DNA of 64,000 bases from Octopus vulgaris (lineage: Eukaryota). This document shows positions 55,711 through 64,000 of the stretch, one piece after another. Positions within the stretch are counted from its first letter, which is position 1; each line of letters starts with the position of its first letter. The stretch is from assembly GCA_951406725.2 (NCBI GenBank), contig OX597814.1, forward strand, positions 217,806,001-217,870,000, written 5' to 3'. A program made the translations under genes and the position numbers. The notes below the pieces were generated by a model. It ran no database searches. It was not told the origin of the DNA and saw only the letters and a program-made list of their open reading frames with translations.

Positions 55711-56163
55711 TCATCATCATTATTTAGCGTCCGTTTTCCATGCTAGCATGGGTTGGACGGTTCGACCGGGGATCTGGGAAGCCAGAAGGCTGCACCAGGC
55801 TCCGGTCTTATCTGGCAATGTTTCTACAGCTGGATGCCCTTCCTAACGCCAACCACTCCGTGAGTGTAGTGGGTGCTTTTTACGTGCCACCTGCACTGGT
55901 GCTAGGCGAGGCTGGCATCAGCCACGGTCGGATTGGTGCATTTTACGTGCCACCTGCACGGAAGCCAGTCGAGGCGGCACTGGCTTCGGCCACGATTCGG
56001 ATGGTGCTTTTTACGTGCCACCGACACGGAAGCCAGTTGAGGTGGCGCTGGCATCGGCCACGATTCGGATAGTGCTTTTTACATATCTCCAGTCCAGGGG
56101 TCCTGGCATCTGCCGGGTGCCAGTCATAGGATTGGTTCAATTTCGATTTCAATTTCGATTCTG
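55711..56163 (-). mobile_element. RTE LINE 3'-end copy
   Basis: Same 3' UTR; near-identical to 59694-60053. Confidence 0.85.
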
Positions 56164-56913
56164 ACTTGTACAAAACACTGCTTCTAGCAACTTTGACAAA
56201 CAGATTCTGCTTTAACTTCACAATTTAGGAGTAAATAGCAAAAAGGGCAACCATCAACATATAAAAAAACAAACTTGCAAATTTCTAAACTAGCAAGGAG
56301 AAAACTGATATAAAGACAAATGTCTATTATTTCACCAAATATTTTAAATATCTCCCTAGTTATTAAGGGAACATTTCACAAATATTTTGAATTACATGAT
56401 TCAACAATACAACAAACTATCAACAGAGCGAAATAATATGAAAGAAAGGATTTTTAGAACATCCAAATGATGGCGTAAACAATTTTTAAAAACAATGTGA
56501 TGTGACCTTTCAAAAATATTTGAAGTTTAATGCAGTCACATATTTATGAAGATTAAAAAAAAGTAAATAATAAGAATAATGACACAACGGGTGAGGTTGA
56601 ATAGCAAACAGAAACTTATCATTTTTTGTCAACAAATTTTAATAACTTATTAAGTTAAATGCGATACAATTGTTGATTTCAAGCTTTTGGATCAGTGACT
56701 TCATAGTCATAAGTTCAAACCTTATGTAACTCTTGTATGCTCAAGAATAAAGTAAATAACTGTATACTTTATTTGTTGTGGCTAATTGACCATAAGTTCC
56801 TATTTAGCAGTAGGATGGTGTTTCTATCATAAAAGCAATTTCTCTAAAGATGAAAAAAAAATCCTTCAACTGAAATGATAAAAGAGAAAAAAATAAAAAA
56901 TTAGAACCCTTAC

Positions 56914-57075
56914 CTTGACTACAGATGCCAGAGTATAAAAGTTATAATTGGTAAATATCACAGGTTTTCCTTCTTCTAAGCGCTTGACAATCCGTCGGGT
57001 ATCATAAGGGTTACCTGGCCTCCGAAATAAGTCAGTTGTTGTGACACCTTCTTTGGCAATATATACAAGGAGATC
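56914..57075 (-). CDS. RhoGAP-domain gene, coding exon A (arginine-finger exon)
   Basis: tttttaatag|GATCTC...GTCAAG|gtaagg; 162 nt, phase 0-0; DLLVYIAKEGVTTTDLFRRPGNPYDTRRIVKRLEEGKPVIFTNYNFYTLASVVK with the RhoGAP FR finger and ASxxK motifs. Confidence 0.92.
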
Positions 57076-57142
57076 CTATTAAAAAAGGGAATGTTTGATG
57101 TAATAAACGAAGATTGTACAAAGAATTTTGAATTTGGTTATT

Positions 57143-57376
57143 ATTACTCTTTACTCTTTTTACTGGTTTCAGTCATTTGACAGTGGCCATGCTGGAGTAC
57201 TGCCTATAGTCGACCAAATCGACCCCAGGACTTATTCTTTATAAGCCTAGTACTTATTCTATCGGTCTCGTTTGCTGAACTGCTAAGTTACAGGGACGTA
57301 AACGCACCAGCATATTTTGTCAAGTGATGTTGGGGGGACAAACACAGACACACAAACATATACATACACATACATA

Positions 57377-57431
<55 letters not shown>

Positions 57432-58050
57432 TATACATATATATATACATATATAAATTAACAATTGAGGATAAAATCTTTAAAAGAAATTATAAGTAGT
57501 CAGCGTGAAAAACCTCGTAAGAGAAAAAATCCGTAAATTCTTCCTCTTTGAAGATATTCATTTATATTATATTGAGGGTACTACTATTCGTAGATACCAA
57601 CACGCTAAGAGGGACCAATGCGGTCAAAACTACTAAAAATAAACAAAATTTTACCGAATGCAAAACTTCAAAACACATCATTTTAAAAAAGAATTCAGTT
57701 TTTTAAAATGATGTGTTTTTTAAAATGATGTGTTTTGAAGTTTTGCATTCGGTAAAATTTTGTTTATTTTTAGTAGTTTTGACCGCATTGGTCCCTCTTA
57801 GCGTGTTGGTATCTACGAATAGTAGTACCCTCAATATAATATATACATATATATATACATATATACATATATATATACATATATACGACGGGCTTCTTTC
57901 AGTTTCCATCTACCAAATCCACTCACAAGGCTTTGGTCGGCCCGAGGCTATAGTAGAAGACACTTGCCCAAGGTGCCACACAGTGGGACTGAACACGGAA
58001 CCATGTGGTTCATTAGCAAGCTACTTACCATACAGCCACTCCTACGCCTA
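57143..58050 (-). mobile_element. SINE family B interrupted in its microsatellite
   Basis: Tail half 57143-57360, head half 57880-58050, inverted-repeat insertion between them. Confidence 0.88.
57455..57845. mobile_element. Insertion with a ~125-bp near-perfect inverted repeat (Penelope-like inverted end?) inside the microsatellite of a SINE
   Basis: Arm 57563-57690 is the reverse complement of about 57716-57843; (TA)n on both sides; splits SINE 57143-58050. Confidence 0.5.
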
Positions 58051-58052
58051 TG

Positions 58053-58863
58053 TTTCTTATCTGCTAACTGACATTTGTTTATCTTGCTTTTATATCAAGT
58101 AGAGATATTGAATGTTTTGAGATGCCTGTACACTCAGACACACAAACATCTTAAATTTACTGCATCAGTATATTTATATAATCAAATCGACATAAAACAG
58201 CATATAACAACTAATGTGTAATACCAAATACCAAAATATTCTTCCCCAAGCTGTCCTCTGAAAAATGATTAGCAAATTTAGAATTAATTCATTCTCAACA
58301 TAAGTAAAGAATGCAACCATTCCTACTTGCTGTACTCTTACAAAACAATAAAATCTAAAACTACATAAGATTTATTACTTTACTAGCAGCATAGCCCGGC
58401 ATTGCCCGGGTATGTAAGAGCCCCTAGTAGGCAACGACTAATCCCAATCTAGTCCTTTCCCTCTAGGGAATGAAGGCGCATGTGTAGGTTGCAATGTCTT
58501 CTCTTCACTCGAATACTTCTGTGTATACGATGTTCCTAGCTGTCCCTTTGGGTGATAAAAAGGTCGAGTTGTGTCCCCTAGACAGAAAATGTGTTGCATA
58601 TAAAAAGCTTAGATTCTCGACCCCATGTCGAATTTATTGATTTTTTTCAGAACTGGGGGAACTTTTCAAAATTTTCGCTGCGTTAGTTTTGAATTATGAC
58701 ATTGGGCTATGTGTGCGTCAAGTTTAATTAGAATCGGTTGAAAGCCGTGGTCAAGGTGAGGGTACAACCTGACAGACACACAGACAGACAAACTGCCGTT
58801 TATATATAGAGAGAAGAGATTTTGAGTCAAATATAATTTCAGTGTCAGTTAGCAGATAAGAAA
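58053..58863. mobile_element. Putative MITE with 21-bp perfect TIRs, hosting a Helitron
   Basis: TTTCTTATCTGCTAACTGACA at 58053-58073 and its reverse complement at 58843-58863. Confidence 0.55.
58383..58819 (-). mobile_element. Non-autonomous Helitron
   Basis: Minus strand starts TC..TCTATATATAAACGGCAG-(TCTG)n and ends with hairpin CCCGGGCAATGCCGGG plus CTAG|T. Confidence 0.8.
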
Positions 58864-59693
58864 ATATTTAAAAATATACTCCATACACATATATTGGTTT
58901 CAGATTTTGGTACAAGGCCAGCAAGTATTGGGGAACAGGGTAAGTCAAGTACATCAGTCCCAGGACTCAATTCGTACTTATTTTATTGACCCCGAAAGGA
59001 TGAAAGGCAAAGTTGACCTTGGTAGAATTTGAACTCAGAATGTAAAGTTGGCTGAAGTGCCACTAAGCATTTTGTTTGGCAGGCAAACAATTCTCCCAGC
59101 TCCCTGCCTTATATTCTATAAGCATATATTAACTCTAACTCTGTTCCATTAAAGCTAATAAAGCACCCATGAGCCAATGGAAGAGCTTAGAAGTAGTCCT
59201 TTCACTTTCAATATCATTCAAATCGGCCACAAATCATACGTTGCCATCTTTAAAAAGAAAATGTGACAGATATGTTAGATAATGTAATTCTAGATAATCC
59301 TAAAGTCACAGGATGGTCATAGCTTGAATCTCTTCGATCATATGTCTGCTTAGGTAGGGTTGAACTGGTACTAAACAACACCAAGACCTACATGCAGCAA
59401 TTTTAGGTTGTATAAAATTGCATGCATTTACATACAAAACTGTAGCTGACTGCATCAAAATGGTGGTGAGCTGTTGGTCAGTGGTTCAAATTCTGTTATT
59501 GGTGTTGTATACTGTGCTACTGGTAACTACAACAGACTCATAATGCTTCAATCCACTAAATTGCAAATCAGTTTCTTTGTAAGAAACTTATTTGTAATGG
59601 TAAGAACTGGAGAGGAGTTGTATAACTGACAAGCAGTTTGCTAGTCGCTTGCAGAGCCAACAATGGATCCTTCCACAGAAAACTACTCTTAAA

Positions 59694-60053
59694 TCATCAT
59701 CATCATCGTTTAATGTCCGTTCTCCATGCTAGCATGGGTTGGACGGTTCGACCGGGGATCTGGGAAGCCAGAAGGCTGCACCAGGCTCCAGTCTTATCTG
59801 GCAACGTTTCTACAGCTGGATGCCCTTCCTAACGCCAACCACTCTGTGAGTGTAGTGGGTGCTTTTTATGTGCCACTGGCACTGGTGCCAGGCGAGGCTG
59901 GCATCGGCCACGGTCGGATTGGTGCATTTTATGGAAGCCAGTCGAGGCGGCACTGGCTTCGGTCACGATTCGGATGGTGCTTTTTACGTTCCACCGACAT
60001 GGAAGCCAGTCGAGGCGGTGCTGGCATCGGCCACAATTCGGATAGTGCTTTTT
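59694..60053 (-). mobile_element. RTE LINE 3'-end copy
   Basis: Same subfamily as 55711-56163. Confidence 0.85.
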
Positions 60054-60189
60054 GAAATATGAATAGCCTTTGTTTTTTCAATTAAACAACAAACTACATC
60101 ATTTCCAGTAGCCTTGTACCTTGAAAGCCAAAATATACCCACATGCATGAACATGAAGGTTACTATATCTATTGGGCAGACATTTCAAC

Positions 60190-60520
60190 ATGAAACTAAG
60201 GATTAATAGAAGAATGTACCAAACTCAATTCATGTAAAGGACACTGTTACAAGAATCTGGAATGCGATTATCCAAACTACAAAAGATGGGAAAGCTATGT
60301 TACACATCTTGATTTATCCCTATCAAAAACATTGCCAGGGAGGAAGTAAAAAAATCTGTCCAAGTACAAGGACCTTAAGGTGAAGGTAAGCAATAAGACA
60401 ACATAAACAGAAATCAGGGCAATTGGTATGACAAAAGAACTCCCTCCACACACAAAAAAAAACCCAATTGTAGCTTTAAAATAAAATAAAGCAGAATTTA
60501 CAGTTTTGCACACAACATAT
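60190..60520 (+). mobile_element. Degraded R4/Dong-like endonuclease remnant
   Basis: LSKYKDLK-like and IRAIGM-like segments. Confidence 0.35.
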
Positions 60521-60901
60521 TCTATTCAACACATTTTCAATTCAGTGACGCAAATCACACAGTATATATTCTACACAATCAACTCGAAACACTGTAACAT
60601 TTTCACAGCAAACAAGAACAAATTAAACTATCATAATAAGATGTAACAAAACACAGTTTCCAGCACAATAAAGTAAATGTAACATCTAGACATTTCCATT
60701 CTTCAAAATATAATACTACCTACAAGCACCAGAAACAGATACGAAGTTGGTAGTGTAAAAACTTGCTCAACCCTTTAGAATATAAACTGGGCATATCTGG
60801 TCCAAATAATCCATCTGCTTTATGTGTGAGATGCCTGCCAGATCAGACATCTCACACCTACCCTAGTATATCACTCTAAACAACAGTTACATTTAATATA
60901 T

Positions 60902-61074
60902 AAGGCACAGGAGTGACTTTGTGATAAGTAGCTTGCTAAACAACCACATGGTTCCGGGTTCAGTCCCACTGCGTGGCATCTTGGGCAAGTGTCTTCTGCT
61001 ATAGCCTCGGGCCGACCAATGCCTTGTGAGTTGATTTGGTAGACGGAAACTGAAAGAAGCCTGTCGTATATATG

Positions 61075-61105
<31 letters not shown>

Positions 61106-61296
61106 GTGTTTGTCCCCCTAGCATTGCTTGACAACCGATGTTGGTGTGTTTACGTCCCCGTCACTTAGCGGTTCGGCATAAGAGACCGATAGAATAAGTA
61201 CTGGGCTTACAAAGAATAAGTCCTGGGGTCAATTTGCTCGACTAAAGGCGGTGCTCCAGCATGGCCACAGTCAAATGACTGAAACAAGTAAAAGAT
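60902..61296 (+). mobile_element. SINE family B
   Basis: Full head-core-microsatellite-tail structure. Confidence 0.9.
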
Positions 61297-61571
61297 TACA
61301 TTCGACGACAAAGCAATCTGAATGCTAAAAGGTAGAAAGACATGGAAATTCAGAATCCTAATCTCAGTCACTCAAACATTATTCTATAAAGATGCTGATA
61401 TACAAAGACACTACAATAGAAAAAAGATGTTTGTTATTTCAATGAAACATTCAACAATGTTATTTGGACAACCATGCTCCAGGTTTTCGTTGGTAAGTCA
61501 TTGACATAGACAAGGTATAATGCAATGCTTATATCACTTATTCTAAATGTATGTTGAAGTGTCTTTATATT

Positions 61572-61935
61572 CATCATCATCATCATCATCGTTTAGTGTC
61601 CGTTTTCCATGCTAGCAGGGGTTGGACGGTTCAACTGGGGGTCTGTGAAGCCAGAAGGCTGCATCAGGCCCAGTCAGATCTGGCAGTGTTTCTACGGCTG
61701 GATGCCCTTCCTAACGCCAACCACTCCGTGAGTGTAGTGGGTGCTTTTTACGTGCCACTCGCACAGGTGCCAGACGGAGCTGGCAAACAGCCACGAACGG
61801 ATGGTGCTTTTTACGTGCCACCGGCACGAGGCCAGTCGGGGCGGCGCTGGCAACGGTCACGAATGGATGGTTCTCTTACATGCCACCGGCACTGGCAACT
61901 CATCTGCAATTTCCATTGATCGATTTCGATTCTGA
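61572..61935 (-). mobile_element. RTE LINE 3'-end copy
   Basis: Same subfamily as 968-1316 and 32178-32483. Confidence 0.85.
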
Positions 61936-63046
61936 TCCTTTATATTATCCAAGAGATATAAATTAAGGTTTAATACATGCTTGTAACAATTATTCTGAGT
62001 TTATGTTCAAGTGTCTGCACATTGCTCAGTAGATATAGCTGCCTACCCGGTTATGTCTGGGGATATGTTTCGTTTTTGAGAGGAGGACTGAACAGCAAGA
62101 AATGATGTGATTGAATATTTCTTTACATTGACTTTACATCATCTACAACTGAGATTAATCTCTAGTTTTATTACTATATTTTAGTAGATTAAAGTAGCAA
62201 GCTGGTAGAATCATCAGCACATCAGACAAAATGTTAAGTGACATTTCTTCCAGCACTTAAATACATTCTGAATTCAAATTTTGCCAAGGTCAACTTTGGC
62301 TTTTATCATTTTTGGATTGATAGAATAAAAGCCTGCTGAGTGCTGGGATCAACATAATTGACTTACCTACTCTCCTAAACTTGTTGACCTCTGGCCAAAA
62401 TTTGAAGCTATTATATTTTAGTAGATTTATTATTTTTTGTGAATTTTTCTTTTTTTATATTTTATTTGTAACAAGGCATTGATCTTCAATTTCTATCATG
62501 TGACCAAAGCTTTTGACTGAGTCCTTTTTTAGATTTTATACTAGTTCACTTGCAGGATATAAGCTCACCTATTATCCCAATTCTTTTTAAAAACGTTTTA
62601 AAATGTTCTCTTTAATTATATTTGTCTGTAGTTAAAATCTTTCTCATCAGTGTACTTAACCTCTTCTTCCCTTATATACTAATAATTGTATATTTTTTAT
62701 TGTTTACAGTTATTGGACGTCAGCCATGCTGAGGCAACAAGCTTCAAAAGCTTTATACAATTATATCAGCTTTGATATTCAGTCCAGTATTTATTGTATT
62801 ATGGTAAAATGAGCATGAATGTCAAAAGACAGCCAAATACCTCAAGATATTTGTTTGATACACTACCAATATTACCATCTATCACTGATATACATAAACA
62901 CATATTCATCCTCATAATTTAATGTCCATTTTCCATGCTGGCATAGGTTGGATGGTTTGACAGGGGCTGGTAAATTGTGTCAAGATCTACTGTCTGCTTT
63001 GGAATGGTTTCCATGACAGGATGCCCTTCCTAATATCAACCACTTT

Positions 63047-63600
63047 ACGACATGAACTAGGTGCTTTTTTTTGTGCGGCACAGGTTAACAAATAACTCAC
63101 AAGATAAGACCCCTTAACTGAATGGAGGGAACAGTATTGAAGGAGGTGGCTTTATGTTAGGCGAAATATAGGGGGATAGGAAGAGTGTCTTGCTGTAGAG
63201 GAAATACGTAGTGACCCGAGTTGAAAGAAGAGGATGGCGGAAAAGATGTCAGCGCATCCTTTCAACTCAGAATGGCCAGCGGACAACAAAAAGGACAAAA
63301 AGGTATACTAAATATCATTCAAGATAAACTCTTGATATATTAAACAATCTTCATGAAAAGGTAGACAAACAATTAGCAGCAACTGTGACTGACCCCAAAG
63401 GAAAAGGGAAGATAAATTCAGGGAATCAACAATTCTCCGGAATTAACATAACATTAAAGAAAAGACTGTTTCTGGAGAGAAATGAACGACATGAACTAGG
63501 TGCTTTTTTTGTGCGGCACAGGTTAACAAGTAACTCACAAGATAAGACCCCTTAACTGAATGGAGGGAACAGCATTGAAGGAGGTGGCTTTATGTTAGGC
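63047..63600. repeat. ~115-bp direct repeat pair
   Basis: 63047-63162 nearly identical to 63486-63600. Confidence 0.9.
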
Positions 63601-64000
63601 TTAAAAGTTAATGAGTTAAACATTAGTCCAGCTATTTTCTAATTTTCCTAACTAGGAGAGAAAACAGTATTTTCTTTGATGTCATTTTAAAGCTTTGACA
63701 AACCAGAATCTTTGAAAGAAGACACTAAGATCGTGAAGCAGGGAGCTGCAATGCAAATTCTAATGCCCAAGCCCAGACCTGGACCCAAATAGAGAAATGG
63801 TTTTTACTTTCTCCCAGTTTGCTCCTGAGTATTTTCCCAGATCCACTTGGATTACTTTGTAATAGCTCCCTACTTGTATTAAGTTCTTTCTTCTTTCTAT
63901 GTGTTGAAGCTATAGAAATGGGAGCAGCTCACAAATTTATTCCTATTATCTTATTTCTGATATAATGTTTAGTGTTTAACTCCTTAGCATTCAGATTGCA

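Overview
AT-rich, microsatellite-dense eukaryotic DNA. The repeat complement looks like an octopus/coleoid cephalopod genome (recognition from memory, not a search result). The window is mostly intronic sequence of one minus-strand RhoGAP-domain gene (ARHGAP20/TAGAP-like). Three phase-consistent RhoGAP exons are clear (57075-56914, 50744-50635, 40632-40298), plus a probable 78-nt cassette exon (29528-29451) surrounded by four (T)GCATG RBFOX motifs. The start and end of the gene were not identified. The introns hold tRNA-derived SINEs, RTE, R4/Dong and CR1-like LINE fragments, nested mariners (one Hsmar1-like), a delimited but defective Helitron with two non-autonomous relatives, and several MITEs and long palindromes. 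The most notable non-obvious signals are two hammerhead-ribozyme motifs (46207-46295 and 8565-8615, + strand) in small Penelope-like elements, the RBFOX-flanked exon, and a probable SINE-RTE chimeric retrocopy. No CRISPR array, rRNA or true tRNA gene is supported.
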